A stretch of 64,000 nucleotides of DNA from Leptospiraceae bacterium (GTDB taxonomy: Bacteria > Spirochaetota > Leptospiria > Leptospirales > Leptonemataceae). Location: the NCBI GenBank assembly GCA_040217195.1, contig JAVJNR010000006.1:32001-96000 (forward strand). The letters are read 5' to 3'. The notes beneath the pieces are model-generated. The model had not been told where the DNA came from. It saw only the letters and a list, made by a program, of their open reading frames with translations, and did no database searches. This document shows positions 38,567 through 49,168 of the stretch, one piece after another. Each line of letters starts with the position of its first letter. Position 1 is the first letter of the stretch. Made by a program: the position numbers and the translations under genes.

Positions 38567-40510
38567 ATGGAGAAGGATTCTCTCTACTACCTGGTCCGGG
38601 ATACCGTGGCCACCTATGCAGAACGACCCTGTTACTGGGTGAAGGCTGACGGTCAGAACTTTTCTGCTGTCACTTACTTCAACTGGCGGGCCGATATGAA
38701 ACGCTTTCAGGCCTATTTGCTTTATGATATTGAAGTGGCCCATGGCGAAAAGGTGGGCTTGCTATGCGACAATCGATACGAGTGGAATCTTGTTAGCCTG
38801 GGAATCGATGGCATTGGCGCTATCGATGTTCCCCGGGGATGCGATGCCACAGACCAGGATATTGAATATATACTGAATCATACGGAATGCCCTGTGCTGG
38901 TGGTGGAGCATGAAAGGATGCTTAAGACCATCCTGAAGCTACTTCCTAAACTGGGATCTTTAAAGCATATTATATCCATTGATCCTCCCGAAAAACATAA
39001 GAAGCTGGAGGACCACCACGCTGTACTGAAGAATGCAGGTATTCAGCATCACTTTCTGGTGGATATGCTCGATCGAGGCGAAGAGCTTCTCAATGAGCAT
39101 GGAGAAGCTCTACTGAAGCGCCGAGGTGAGGCTATTGCTCCTAACGACCTTGCTACTATAATCTATACCAGCGGTACAACTGGAACTCCTAAAGGTGTAA
39201 TGCTGGAACATCGTAGTTTTTGCTGGGAAGTATCTCAGATGCAGCAAGTGCTTCCCATGAGCGAGGAAGACCGGGTTGTTATTTTTCTTCCTCCCTGGCA
39301 TATAGCTGAGCGATTGCTGGAAGTAACATTGATTGCCTGTGGTTCCAGTATGGCAAATTCATCCATTATTCAGCTGGCCGGTGACCTATCGGCTGTGAAG
39401 CCAACCTGCCTGGTAAGTGTTCCCCGGGTCTGGGAACAGTTGCATAAAAGAGTAATGGATAATGTGCGCAAGCAGCCAGAGAAGAAGCAAAAGCTCTTCC
39501 AGTTTGCAACCAATGTGGCTCAGACTAGAATGGACATAGTGGATGCACTTTCGGATCGCTTCGCGGAGACCGAAGAGGTGACTTCTCAGGAAAGATTAAT
39601 CCGAAAGATTATCGCTATGGCTCTTCTGATTCCGTTTGGTATTCTTAACGTTGCTGCGCAGCTAATACTCAAGAAAGTCAAAAGCATCTTTGGCGGCAGG
39701 ATGAAGTTTGCCATCTCCGGAGCGGGCGCGCTGCCCGAGCATGTGGCCGTATTCTTTCGATCCATCGGTATACCCATTCTTGATGGCTATGGTATGACTG
39801 AAACCACGGGTGTTGCAGCCATTGGAAGATTGCCCTGGCCTCGTCGAAGCTGTGTAGGAGAACCGCTGCCGGGCGCGCAAATCCAGCTAAGGGATGATCA
39901 GGGCCGTCCAATTACACAGCCCGGCCAGAAAGGTGTGGCGTGGCATAAGGGACCTCATGTAATGAGAGGCTATTACAAGAATAAAGAAAAGACCGATGAG
40001 ATCCTAAAAGATCGATGGCTTAACTCCGGTGATATCTTTATGTGGACTACTGCAGGCGAAATCAAGTTTGCCGGTAGAGCAAAAGATACAATTGTTCTTG
40101 GTGGCGGCGAGAATGTCGAGCCAGGGCCCATTGAGATCAAACTTGGTGCAAGCGAATTCGTTTCACAGGTTATGGTGGTGGGCCAGGACAAGAAAACCCT
40201 GGGAGCTCTTATTGTTCCCAATGTGGACAGGGTAAAAGAAGAGCTGGGGGACTCATTACAGGTGCCGGAGGATCTGGCGGCCTGGAACGAAAGTAAAGAG
40301 CTCCACAAATTCTTTGCCAGCATTGTGAAAGATGCGGTTAGCACCCAAAACGGATTCAAAGCTTTCGAGAAAGTCACAACTTTCGCTTTCCTTCCCAAAG
40401 AACTGGAAAAGGGAAAAGAGATGACCGAAACCATGAAGATCAAGCGAAACGTTGTGCTGGAGCAATATGAATCTCTAATTGAACATATGTACAACCATCA
40501 CGGAGTTTGA
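38567..40510 (+). CDS. Long-chain fatty-acid-CoA ligase (AMP-binding)
   Basis: YTSGTTGTPKG, GYGMTET, GPHVMRGYY and GRAKD motifs. Confidence 0.92.
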   Translation: MEKDSLYYLVRDTVATYAERPCYWVKADGQNFSAVTYFNWRADMKRFQAYLLYDIEVAHGEKVGLLCDNRYEWNLVSLGIDGIGAIDVPRGCDATDQDIEYILNHTECPVLVVEHERMLKTILKLLPKLGSLKHIISIDPPEKHKKLEDHHAVLKNAGIQHHFLVDMLDRGEELLNEHGEALLKRRGEAIAPNDLATIIYTSGTTGTPKGVMLEHRSFCWEVSQMQQVLPMSEEDRVVIFLPPWHIAERLLEVTLIACGSSMANSSIIQLAGDLSAVKPTCLVSVPRVWEQLHKRVMDNVRKQPEKKQKLFQFATNVAQTRMDIVDALSDRFAETEEVTSQERLIRKIIAMALLIPFGILNVAAQLILKKVKSIFGGRMKFAISGAGALPEHVAVFFRSIGIPILDGYGMTETTGVAAIGRLPWPRRSCVGEPLPGAQIQLRDDQGRPITQPGQKGVAWHKGPHVMRGYYKNKEKTDEILKDRWLNSGDIFMWTTAGEIKFAGRAKDTIVLGGGENVEPGPIEIKLGASEFVSQVMVVGQDKKTLGALIVPNVDRVKEELGDSLQVPEDLAAWNESKELHKFFASIVKDAVSTQNGFKAFEKVTTFAFLPKELEKGKEMTETMKIKRNVVLEQYESLIEHMYNHHGV

Positions 40511-40620
40511 TGCGCAGGCCGGATGCGTAAACTTAGCATTCGCATCTGTGCTTCGCACGCTTGCAGCCTGTAACCTGGAAATCTCTGGAAAGCACAGCCA
40601 GTTCAAAAATTCTAGTCTTC

Positions 40621-41412
40621 GTGAGCATCTTTACAATCATTTCCCCCGCGAAGCGTCTGGGTAGTATAGAGCGAACGGCGAAGATGCCCCATGAGTCTAC
40701 CGTTCCTGAGTTTGAAAGCAGAGCGCAAAATCTTGCCTCGGTGCTATCCAGAAAAACCGTCCCTCAGCTCATGGAATTAATGAGTATCAGCAAAAACCTG
40801 GGCGAATTGAACCTGGAGCGATATAAAACGTTTCCTGCGAATCTGGAAAGCTCTCATGCAAAAGAAGCCATACTTCAGTTCCAGGGCGATGTATTCCAGG
40901 GTCTTGAGCTAGCCAGCTATGGGGCAAGAGACAATAAGTATCTGAAAGATCACCTGGGGATTCTATCTGGAATGTATGGTATTCTAAGACCATTTGATAA
41001 GATGCATCCATATCGCCTGGAAATGGGATCTCGTTTATCTGTGGATGGTGCTGCAAACCTTTATCAATTCTGGGGACATCGGATTACAGATGCTTTGAAT
41101 ACCAGACTGAAGGAGTCTGGATCCAGGGTACTTATGAATCTGGCCTCGGAAGAGTATTCCAGGAGTGTGGATTTTTCCAGCATTCAGGCCTCCATAGCCT
41201 CCGTGGACTTTCTGGATTTTCGAAATGGAAAGTGGAAAGTTATATCCACCAATGCCAAGCGCGCACGAGGGATAATGCTAAATTGGATTATCACGACTCG
41301 CCCGGCATCCATATCTGCCCTAAAGAAGTTCAAGGATGGTTACGAATTTTCCGAGGAAGTGGCCGACTCAAATGGAGTGCACAGACTGATTTTTCATAGG
41401 ATGGAGTCCTAG
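40621..41412 (+). CDS. yaaA: Peroxide stress protein YaaA family
   Basis: ISPAK, FQGDVFQGL, LSGMYGILRP, YRLEMG, NLASEEY and AKRARG motifs; start placed at GTG 40621. Confidence 0.88.
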   Translation: MSIFTIISPAKRLGSIERTAKMPHESTVPEFESRAQNLASVLSRKTVPQLMELMSISKNLGELNLERYKTFPANLESSHAKEAILQFQGDVFQGLELASYGARDNKYLKDHLGILSGMYGILRPFDKMHPYRLEMGSRLSVDGAANLYQFWGHRITDALNTRLKESGSRVLMNLASEEYSRSVDFSSIQASIASVDFLDFRNGKWKVISTNAKRARGIMLNWIITTRPASISALKKFKDGYEFSEEVADSNGVHRLIFHRMES

Positions 41413-41428
41413 GAAGTTCCGGGGAGCT

Positions 41429-42628
41429 CTAGGCCACTGTGCTTCGCCTTGCTTCGGCCCGGGCGATGATCTGCTTTTGAATCTCCGATGTGCCGCCGCC
41501 GATTTCTGAGATTTTTATATCTCTATAGAGTCTGCTCACTTTGTATTCATCCATATATCCGGCGCCGCCGTGGATCTGAACAGCCAGGTTTGTGCATTCC
41601 CGGGCGTACTGAGAAGTCATCAATTTAAGTTCCGAGGCCCGGGCAGACATCTCCAGAGTCTCTCCATTATGTTGCATCTTTCCGGCGCCCTGAGCCTGAT
41701 CAAAGAGCCAGGCGGTCTCTAGTAGCATCCACCGGGAAGCTTCCAGTCTTGTTTTAATGTCTGCCAGCATAAAGGCTACACTTTGATGTTTGGCAATCAT
41801 TCTGCCAAAGGACTTTCGCTTTCTTGCAAATCCCCGGCTTTCATCCAGACAGGCTTCCATCACTCCCAGGCAATAGGCGCCCATGGAAAGTCGTTCCAAG
41901 TCAAAAACCTTCATGGTCTGTCGAAATCCAGCCCCTGGTTTGCCCAGGATCTGGGATTCGGAGATAGATACGTTGTCAAAGAATAACTCCCCTGTGGGAG
42001 ATCCCCTGAGTCCCATTTTCTTCAGTGCTTTGCCTCTGGAAACACCCTTCGCTGCAAGATCTACAATGCACAAGGTCAGTCCGGAAGCTCCGGTTGGCTT
42101 GTGTCCATCTTTGCAGTACCTTGCCAGGACCAGAGCGAAATCCGCATTCGGTGCATTTGTGATATAGGACTTACTACCATTCAATAACAGGTGGGAATCA
42201 TGCCGAACGAGTGTAGTGGCCAGACTGGCCACATCGCTGCCAGAACCGGACTCGGTCACAGCCAGGCTTCCTACGCTTTCCCCGGAGATTAGAGAGGGAA
42301 GATATTTACGCTTTTGGTCTTCGCTGCCAAAATGGGCGATGGGCAGTCCAAAAAGGCCTGCGGAAGCACCTGCAGAGAAGAAAGTGGAACCACAATGATA
42401 GGCCAGAATGGACTGGGCCAGTACTGTAGTGAGAAACGTTGCATCCTGGCCACCAAATTCCGATGGATGCAACAGTCCCAGGTATCCAGCTGAGCCCAGT
42501 TTTTTCAGTATTTCGCTGCTAATACCTTCATGCTCAATACAATCTACATTCGGCGCAATTTCCTCTTCGCAGAATCTTCGAAAGGTATTCTGAAATTCTA
42601 ATTGTTCATCGCTCAGGCTCAAGTTCAT
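41429..42628 (-). CDS. Acyl-CoA dehydrogenase
   Basis: TESGSGSD, NGSKSYITN, KMGLRGSPTGE, QIHGGAGY and GGTSEIQ motifs. Confidence 0.93.
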   Translation of the reverse strand: MNLSLSDEQLEFQNTFRRFCEEEIAPNVDCIEHEGISSEILKKLGSAGYLGLLHPSEFGGQDATFLTTVLAQSILAYHCGSTFFSAGASAGLFGLPIAHFGSEDQKRKYLPSLISGESVGSLAVTESGSGSDVASLATTLVRHDSHLLLNGSKSYITNAPNADFALVLARYCKDGHKPTGASGLTLCIVDLAAKGVSRGKALKKMGLRGSPTGELFFDNVSISESQILGKPGAGFRQTMKVFDLERLSMGAYCLGVMEACLDESRGFARKRKSFGRMIAKHQSVAFMLADIKTRLEASRWMLLETAWLFDQAQGAGKMQHNGETLEMSARASELKLMTSQYARECTNLAVQIHGGAGYMDEYKVSRLYRDIKISEIGGGTSEIQKQIIARAEARRSTVA

Positions 42629-42732
42629 TGTATTCTCCAGATTCGGTCAGGGATTTAAAGAGATGAGTTGGGTCGCTTCAATCAGTGCTTTGCTTGGAAG
42701 AACTTCCTGGAGCTATCCTTTATTTGGCGCGC

Positions 42733-43884
42733 TCAGGATGCCAGATTGGCTGCAATGATGGAGCGCATCACTTCGGACGTTCCTCCGCCCAGAGTGCCCA
42801 GTCGAGCATCCCTGTAAGCTCGCTCCACAGGATACTCATGGATAAAGCAATAACCGCCAAAGATCTGGCCCATATCATAACCTAACTCAATGGCTGCTTC
42901 TGTGGCATAGAGCTTGGCGATGGAGCTTTCTACAGGTGTGGGAATTCCTTGATCCTTTTTGGACGCGCTGCTATATACCAGTAGTCGGGAGGCATCGATT
43001 TTCATTCTTGCTCGTGCGATCTTATCTTGAATGGCCTGGAAGTTCACTATCGCTTCTCCAAACTGTTTGCGTGCCTTCGCATACTTAATCGCCTCCGCCA
43101 GCATATACTGCATGAAGCCAACGCCGCTGGCAACAAGTACGGTTCTTTCCCATTCAAGGGTAGCACGACCCACACGAAGAAATTCAGTATTCTCCCTGGA
43201 AATCATATTCTCCTCTGGTACTTCCATATCTTGAAAGATAAGCTCACTGGTGGTGCTGGTACGCATGCCCATCTTATTCAATTTACGACCAACGCTGAAT
43301 CCTTTGAAGCTTTTCTCTACAATGAATACGCTAATGCCCATGGGGCCCCGACCTTTATCCGTCACTGCCATGACAGTGAATACATCGCCAATGGGACCAT
43401 TCGTAATGAACATCTTTGAACCATTTAAGATGTAGCGATCGCCCTTCTTTACAGCACGAGTTTCCATGCTACCGGCTGCATCGCTTCCTGAACCGGGCTC
43501 GGTCAATCCCAGGCCAGCGATCCATTCGCCGGTTGCCAGACGAGGTAGATATCGTTGTTTTTGATCTTCGCTGCCGCATAGAACAATGGGCATACTACCT
43601 ATGATCGTATGAGCTCCCCAGGCCAGGGTCAGTCCGCCATCGGTGGACCCGCGGGAAAAGGCCTCCGTAGCAAGGGTGGTGGTTAAACAGTTGGCTCCCT
43701 GTCCTCCGTATTCTTCCGGAAATGGCAGCCCTAAAAGCCCCATGTCTCCCATTTTTTTCCAGATCTCCGGATCCCATCGGCCTTCCAGATCCCTTTGTTC
43801 TGTACTTGGGCGAATCTCATTTTTTGCGAACTCGTACACAGAATCGCGAAAATCCACCAGTTCTTGAGGAAGAGTGAAGTTCAT
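42733..43884 (-). CDS. Acyl-CoA dehydrogenase
   Basis: TEPGSGSD, NGSKMFITN, RKQFG, QIFGGY and GGTSEV motifs. Confidence 0.93.
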   Translation of the reverse strand: MNFTLPQELVDFRDSVYEFAKNEIRPSTEQRDLEGRWDPEIWKKMGDMGLLGLPFPEEYGGQGANCLTTTLATEAFSRGSTDGGLTLAWGAHTIIGSMPIVLCGSEDQKQRYLPRLATGEWIAGLGLTEPGSGSDAAGSMETRAVKKGDRYILNGSKMFITNGPIGDVFTVMAVTDKGRGPMGISVFIVEKSFKGFSVGRKLNKMGMRTSTTSELIFQDMEVPEENMISRENTEFLRVGRATLEWERTVLVASGVGFMQYMLAEAIKYAKARKQFGEAIVNFQAIQDKIARARMKIDASRLLVYSSASKKDQGIPTPVESSIAKLYATEAAIELGYDMGQIFGGYCFIHEYPVERAYRDARLGTLGGGTSEVMRSIIAANLAS

Positions 43885-43899
43885 GGTTGCATTGCCCGG

Positions 43900-44535
43900 C
43901 TATCTGCCGAAGGACCCTCCATGAATGATTTTCCTTAGCTTCTTTCTTATCTCTTTAATGTCCGATGTGCTGGGCTTGCTATTTCGATAGATGCCCTGGA
44001 CCAGAGCTGTGAGGGTCAATTCCACAGCTCCGAAAAATGCAATGCTTAATAGTTCCGTATCTGTGTCGCTGTCTATGTCGCCGGCCTTCTTGCCGGATTC
44101 AACAATGCCCTGAATTTGGTGCAGAATTGCTCTTGCACTTGCCATTTCACTATCAGGATCCACATTTCCTGAGCGCACCACTTCCTGGACCAGAAGATGA
44201 ATCATCTCCGGATTTGCCAGGTAGGTATCCAGCATATAGTCGCTAATTCGTCCCAGCTTTTCGGTAAGTGATTCCTTCTCCTGGCCAATTCGCGCGATTC
44301 GATCACTGAACCTGGTTGCAACACTTTCCAGAATGGTTTCCAGAACCTTCTCTTTGGAACCGAAGTAATGATATACCAGACCATAGGCAACGTCTGCCTC
44401 GGATGCAATATCTGAAATTCGGGTGCCATGATACCCTTTACGGGCCATCACCTTCACGGCTGCCCGCAAAATCTTATCCTGACTGCCCCTTGCCTGGGAT
44501 TCTTTTGCCTGTCCTCTTGCCACTGTGGGAACCAT
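43900..44535 (-). CDS. TetR/AcrR family regulator heading the acyl-CoA dehydrogenase genes
   Basis: ILRAA..VMARKGYHGTRISDIA.EADVAYGLVYHYFGSKE HTH; start codon uncertain. Confidence 0.9.
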   Translation of the reverse strand: MVPTVARGQAKESQARGSQDKILRAAVKVMARKGYHGTRISDIASEADVAYGLVYHYFGSKEKVLETILESVATRFSDRIARIGQEKESLTEKLGRISDYMLDTYLANPEMIHLLVQEVVRSGNVDPDSEMASARAILHQIQGIVESGKKAGDIDSDTDTELLSIAFFGAVELTLTALVQGIYRNSKPSTSDIKEIRKKLRKIIHGGSFGR

Positions 44536-44537
44536 TA

Positions 44538-44562
44538 GACTGATTGACAAATCAGTCAATCA
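44538..44562. promoter_or_regulatory. Overlapping palindromes, candidate TetR operator
   Basis: GACTGAT-N6-ATCAGTC (44538-44557) and TGATTGAC-N6-GTCAATCA (44541-44562), directly upstream of the TetR gene. Confidence 0.6.
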
Positions 44563-44757
44563 AAAATCTGAATTAGTCACAAATCCGGGAATGCGAGCTT
44601 CTGCAGTCTATTGGAAATTTCACCCTGTTCAGAAGTATGTCTGGCATGAGGTCTCCCAAATACCGACCAGTACTTGAGTTTTTTGCTGCACTGTATTAGA
44701 TTAATAGGAATCCACCCCGAAAGAAGCGGGGTGTAGCAAGACATATAGGAGATTGCA

Positions 44758-45570
44758 ATGCGAACTAGTCGGAAAGTAACAATAACAGGCCTGACCGGAG
44801 CCCTCATGGCTCTGCATTTATTCTCGGTAGGTTGTCAGAAAGAGCCTCTGGTGGAAGGAACGGATCTGGAATATGAGCAAGATGGAAAGCCCTACCTGGG
44901 TTACCTGGCAGTGGATAAAAACCAGGAAGGAAAAAGGCCTGGCATTCTATTGATCCATGAATGGACCGGCCTGGGTGACTATGTAAAGAGAAGAGCCGAT
45001 CAGCTGGCAGCTATGGGATATACGGTATTTGCCATGGATATGTATGGAGAAGGGATTCGGGCTTCCAATCATGATGAAGCGGCGGAGCTAATGACTCAGT
45101 ACAATGAAGATCGTCCTACGATGCGGGCAAGAATGGATCGAGCCATGGAAGTACTGAAAGAGCAGGGAACTGTGGATGGCGACCGAATTGCAGTCATTGG
45201 CTATTGCTTTGGGGGCGGTGCAGCCATTGAATACGCTTTGAGCGGAGGCGAAGTTGATGCCATCGTTAGCTTTCATGGAATGCTTGCCTCTCCCAATCTG
45301 GAAAAGGATGTGGAAAACATTAAAGCATCCATTCAGATTCACCACGGTTCGGATGATGGATTCGTTCCATCAGAAGTCGTAAATAATCTAAAGTCTAATC
45401 TGGAAAAGGCCGGCGTTGACTTCAAGTTCTTCAGTTATCTCGGAGCCGTGCATGGTTTTACTCGGGCCAGCGCTGGCAACGATAAGGAATCCGGAATTGC
45501 CTATAACAAGGAAGCGGATGAGAAATCCTGGGAAAGAATGACAGAGTTTCTGGATTCTGAATTGAAATAA
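44758..45570 (+). CDS. Dienelactone hydrolase family protein, probable lipoprotein
   Basis: HEWTG, GYCFGG, SFHG and HGFT motifs; lipobox-like SVGC; AGGAG RBS. Confidence 0.9.
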   Translation: MRTSRKVTITGLTGALMALHLFSVGCQKEPLVEGTDLEYEQDGKPYLGYLAVDKNQEGKRPGILLIHEWTGLGDYVKRRADQLAAMGYTVFAMDMYGEGIRASNHDEAAELMTQYNEDRPTMRARMDRAMEVLKEQGTVDGDRIAVIGYCFGGGAAIEYALSGGEVDAIVSFHGMLASPNLEKDVENIKASIQIHHGSDDGFVPSEVVNNLKSNLEKAGVDFKFFSYLGAVHGFTRASAGNDKESGIAYNKEADEKSWERMTEFLDSELK

Positions 45571-45591
45571 TCAGATCGTAGAATGAATCGC

Positions 45592-45624
45592 AGAGCGGGC
45601 CGGCCAGAGTACCGGCCCCGTTCT
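45592..45624. terminator. GC-rich hairpin between convergent genes
   Basis: AGAGCGGGCCGG-N8-CCGGCCCCGTTCT. Confidence 0.5.
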
Positions 45625-45651
45625 TGTACGTGGTTCGTTAAACGCTACCGA

Positions 45652-46371
45652 TCAATCGTCGCCGCCGAAGAATCCCAGACGAACCAGGAAATAAAGCAAC
45701 GTTGCTATGGAAGTGGCTGCTGCGGCCACATAGGTCCATGCGGCTGCATTTAGAACCTGGCTTACAGCCTTTTGTTCTTGAGGCGAACCCATTCCAATTT
45801 CTGGAAGTACCTTCTTGGCCCGACTGGAAGCATCCAGTTCCACAGGAACGGTCACCAATTGAAAAAGCACCACTGCACTGAATAGAATGACTCCTGCCCA
45901 GGTTATGTAATAACCCAGGGGGCTCTGCATGAACATCATCAATCCTCCGCCCACAAGTATGAGAATCCAGCTCATATTGGAGCCAAATCCGGCAAGTGGC
46001 ACAATTGCAGAGCGAAATCCGAGCAGCGGGTAATCAACCTTATGCTGCACGGCATGTCCCGCTTCATGGGCCGCCACTCCTGCAGCAGCGATACTTGTGG
46101 ATGAATAGGTATCATCCGACAGTCTCAAAGTCTTGCTTGTGGGATCGTAATGATCTGCCAGTGAGCCCCGAATATGCTCAACCTTTACGTTGTGTAGTCC
46201 TTCGCGATCAAGCAGCATTCTTGCCACCTGGGCTCCGGTCAGGCCTCCACTATTCCTGTAGCTGGACCATTTCTTGAACGATGATTTAACCTTAAAGCTG
46301 GCCCACATGCTCAACAAAAGGCATGGACCGATGAATACAAAGTATAGAGGGTCGAAAAAACCTAATCCCAT
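45652..46371 (-). CDS. Membrane zinc metallopeptidase (YugP/Zn_peptidase_2 family)
   Basis: GLTGAQVA, DHYDP, AAHEAGHAVQH, PVELDASSRA and AAAWTYVA motifs. Confidence 0.9.
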   Translation of the reverse strand: MGLGFFDPLYFVFIGPCLLLSMWASFKVKSSFKKWSSYRNSGGLTGAQVARMLLDREGLHNVKVEHIRGSLADHYDPTSKTLRLSDDTYSSTSIAAAGVAAHEAGHAVQHKVDYPLLGFRSAIVPLAGFGSNMSWILILVGGGLMMFMQSPLGYYITWAGVILFSAVVLFQLVTVPVELDASSRAKKVLPEIGMGSPQEQKAVSQVLNAAAWTYVAAAATSIATLLYFLVRLGFFGGDD

Positions 46372-46579
46372 TAATTTCTCCTATTTGCTAATGACTATAC
46401 TGCGCCAGCATCCGGCCGGCAACCAAATTTGCTGAAACGTAAACTCTGTGTCTATATGGTTGAGGATTCTTCTATAATAAGTCGCCAATTAGTTGCTCCT
46501 GTCAAAGTCTGAATTATGGTGCTGGCTCAGAGGGCACGATTCACTAGAGTGTATCTATGAAGCCGGGAAAGGAGCTGGT

Positions 46580-47635
46580 CTAGATTATCAGCGGAATGCT
46601 TCTGGGCACCACAGAGAATAGAAGCATCCTGGCTGCCGGGGCTCCTTCAACGCCCATCATGGGTAATAGTTCTCCGTCAGTTTCTGAATCCATAGTAATG
46701 GTAGGTATTAAAAGGATTCTCTTGGCCTGAAAGGATTGCAAGCCCGGGATTTGATCTACCAGGCCATCATAGAAGTGCCTGCTGTCCGATATCATCTTAT
46801 GCGTGGGTGCAGGGGTCATATGAACTGCATGAAAGTAGCCATCGTCCAGGTAAGCCGGAGGAGCCCAGAGCATTCCACCACCGTTGTATCGGCCATTGCA
46901 GACAAATAGGTTAAGCAGGGGACCGGAGAGCTCTTCCCAGGGGCTATTCTCATCCCTGCAATAAAGTACCCGGGCACTGGTGCTCTTGTAAGATAGGAAG
47001 GTCTTTAGGCTGTGATAATAGTAGGCAAATGCTCCCGATTGAATCCTGGATCGAAACAGGCTGCGAACAATATGCCCGCTCATTCCGCTGGAGGCGATGT
47101 TGATAAATAGTCTTCTCTGGATTTGAGTTTCTTTCTTTAGATCTCGAATCGTTCTTTCCAGTTCCCTTCGCTGCTTCGCATTCCTGGGTAAGCCCAGGTT
47201 CATTATTGGAAGCAACTCCACCTGTCCAATGTCTGCCCAGATCCATCGATTCTGTTGAAGGGCCACATCGTAGCCGTCCGAGAGTTCTCTTAGAGTCCGA
47301 ATAAAGTCGGCCCCGGAATTTAGATCCACAACTCCCAGAGGCACCTTTCGCGATAGAATTCGGTTTCCGTCGAAATAGCCGTTCAATACTTCGTTGATTG
47401 TTCCATCGCCCCCGGCTGCGATGATTTGATCATGGGTACGTCCAAGCAATGCTTCGCGAGTTCGATGACTGGCATCCTGGGGACCTCTTGTTATGTACAG
47501 ATCGAAGTCTGTGAGCTTTTCGCGCAAAGCAGCTTTGACCCGCTCAAATTCTGACAGTCCATCTCCCCGACTTGCAGCGGGGTTCAGAATGATCAGCCGT
47601 CTGGGCTGGCTAGGTTTCTTACGAAAAAAGAACAT
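46580..47635 (-). CDS. Diacylglycerol/lipid kinase family protein
   Basis: ILNPAAS, AAGGDGTINEVLNG, NGRYNGGGM and DGE motifs. Confidence 0.85.
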   Translation of the reverse strand: MFFFRKKPSQPRRLIILNPAASRGDGLSEFERVKAALREKLTDFDLYITRGPQDASHRTREALLGRTHDQIIAAGGDGTINEVLNGYFDGNRILSRKVPLGVVDLNSGADFIRTLRELSDGYDVALQQNRWIWADIGQVELLPIMNLGLPRNAKQRRELERTIRDLKKETQIQRRLFINIASSGMSGHIVRSLFRSRIQSGAFAYYYHSLKTFLSYKSTSARVLYCRDENSPWEELSGPLLNLFVCNGRYNGGGMLWAPPAYLDDGYFHAVHMTPAPTHKMISDSRHFYDGLVDQIPGLQSFQAKRILLIPTITMDSETDGELLPMMGVEGAPAARMLLFSVVPRSIPLII

Positions 47636-47900
47636 CCAGGATAACTCACCGATACAGCCCGAAATCATCCCCATGAAGTGGATGTGGTTTGCCTTTACCA
47701 GACAATGGGCATTATTTTAAATGCAGTTGAGGGGCCGAATTGCCCTTGAGCCAACGGAATGTGCGGGGCCCCGCCGGATCTGTCAACAATTTAGGCCCGG
47801 TAATATCTGTTAGGTGGAAGCTGAAAATTTTATCTTTCCCTAAAATCTCTGCTGGAGAAGAGGGGATCCTGGTCCTGAATAGGACCGAAGGAGCATTTAC

Positions 47901-48230
47901 GTGCTAGACACAATACCTGAAGACATCCAATACAACAATACATCGCTTATCATTCGCTGGAAAGATGGGAAAGAGTGCTCCTATGATCTGCTCCAGCTAA
48001 GGCGAAAATGTCCCTGCGCACAATGCAGGGGAGGTCATGGTCCTGTGGCCAATCGCCAGACAAATTCCATCGAGCAGATTCGCCTGGTGTCCTGGAAAAA
48101 AGTGGGCCGTTATGCATTACAGCTTACTTTTTCAGACAATCACGATCTTGGCATCTTTACCTATGATTTATTGCGGAAAGGATGCGAAGAGGGAAAAGGC
48201 TACGTCCCACCGGATGAACGCGACCAGTAG
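47901..48230 (+). CDS. DUF971 (gamma-butyrobetaine hydroxylase N-terminal-like) protein
   Basis: LRRKCPCAQC, VGRYA...FSDNH.LGIFTY motifs; AAGGAG RBS. Confidence 0.85.
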   Translation: MLDTIPEDIQYNNTSLIIRWKDGKECSYDLLQLRRKCPCAQCRGGHGPVANRQTNSIEQIRLVSWKKVGRYALQLTFSDNHDLGIFTYDLLRKGCEEGKGYVPPDERDQ

Positions 48231-48265
48231 CTCGCGGAATCTTTTTCGATTGTGCAACAAGCATT

Positions 48266-48550
48266 CTAAGCATTTTCACCGGGAAGCCAATCATTTAACT
48301 CCGGAGAAATCATGGGCCGGAAGGCCTCCACATAGGCGCCATTGTGCCATTGTAGATAAGCCAGGATGTAGTCGCCTGTATCTTCTCTGCGATACAGAAT
48401 TCCTTCCCAGCCGCGGTCTACCAATTGCATGACCTGGAGGGTTTTACCATCCCATTCTATGCTTCGTATCTGCGGATTCTTTGAATCTCCGCTCACGGTA
48501 GTGTGGAGTCCTTTTCCTGGTTCTGGATAATCAATCTGTTTGCCAGCCAT
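48266..48550 (-). CDS. Hypothetical protein
   Basis: ATG 48550 (MAGKQIDYP) gives 94 aa; overlaps the 3' end of the TetR gene. Confidence 0.5.
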   Translation of the reverse strand: MAGKQIDYPEPGKGLHTTVSGDSKNPQIRSIEWDGKTLQVMQLVDRGWEGILYRREDTGDYILAYLQWHNGAYVEAFRPMISPELNDWLPGENA

Positions 48551-49113
48551 TGTATTAAGCCTTTCAAGTCTTCCCTTGTATAAACATTGCCGAGAGGACC
48601 CTTTTGCGGAGTTCCCGCCAGGGGAAAGAAAGAAGAAGTGCAAATCGCAATCCATTTTGCATCCTCCTGTGGCCGAATGACTGAATTGGACGCTCTGGCC
48701 TGCTTGAGAATTTCTTCGATTGTTGTCAGAAACTGCTTCTGAGCTATTTCAGGTGTTTCGGGGGCCCATCGAAACACAGCCTCGGCCAACTCCATGGGGC
48801 CCTTCTGGTTTTCTCCAAAGGGCTGCCAAATATCGAAAAATCCCAGCAAATAGGCATTCAATTTTGACAGGGGCTTCTTTTTGCTATCCAGGATTTCCCT
48901 GGAGAATTCACGATGGCGATCCGCAAATGCAAAAGCAACCTTGCGAACAATGGATTTCTTATCCTTGAAATAGGTGTAGACCGTTCCAACGCCCACTCCG
49001 GCCTGGGTAGCTATGTCCTGGATTGTCGTTCCCTTTACCCCTTTGTTCAGGAACAGGTGGATGGCTGCATCCACCAGGGCTTGATCCTTGTCTCCGCTGC
49101 GAGGTCTAACCAT
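48493..49113 (-). CDS. TetR/AcrR family regulator
   Basis: AAIHLFLNKGVKGTTIQDIATQAGVGVGTVYTYFKDK HTH. Confidence 0.9.
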   Translation of the reverse strand: MVRPRSGDKDQALVDAAIHLFLNKGVKGTTIQDIATQAGVGVGTVYTYFKDKKSIVRKVAFAFADRHREFSREILDSKKKPLSKLNAYLLGFFDIWQPFGENQKGPMELAEAVFRWAPETPEIAQKQFLTTIEEILKQARASNSVIRPQEDAKWIAICTSSFFPLAGTPQKGPLGNVYTREDLKGLIQWLANRLIIQNQEKDSTLP

Positions 49114-49168
49114 AGAATGCCCGTATCAAAATCGCCTCTATTCTCAAGAATACAAAAGGATCCCTGAT

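Noticed and set aside
47730..47830. SRP RNA or riboswitch in a GC-rich intergenic stretch
   Set aside because: No SRP domain-IV motif or recognisable aptamer consensus found by eye; an Rfam scan would settle it.
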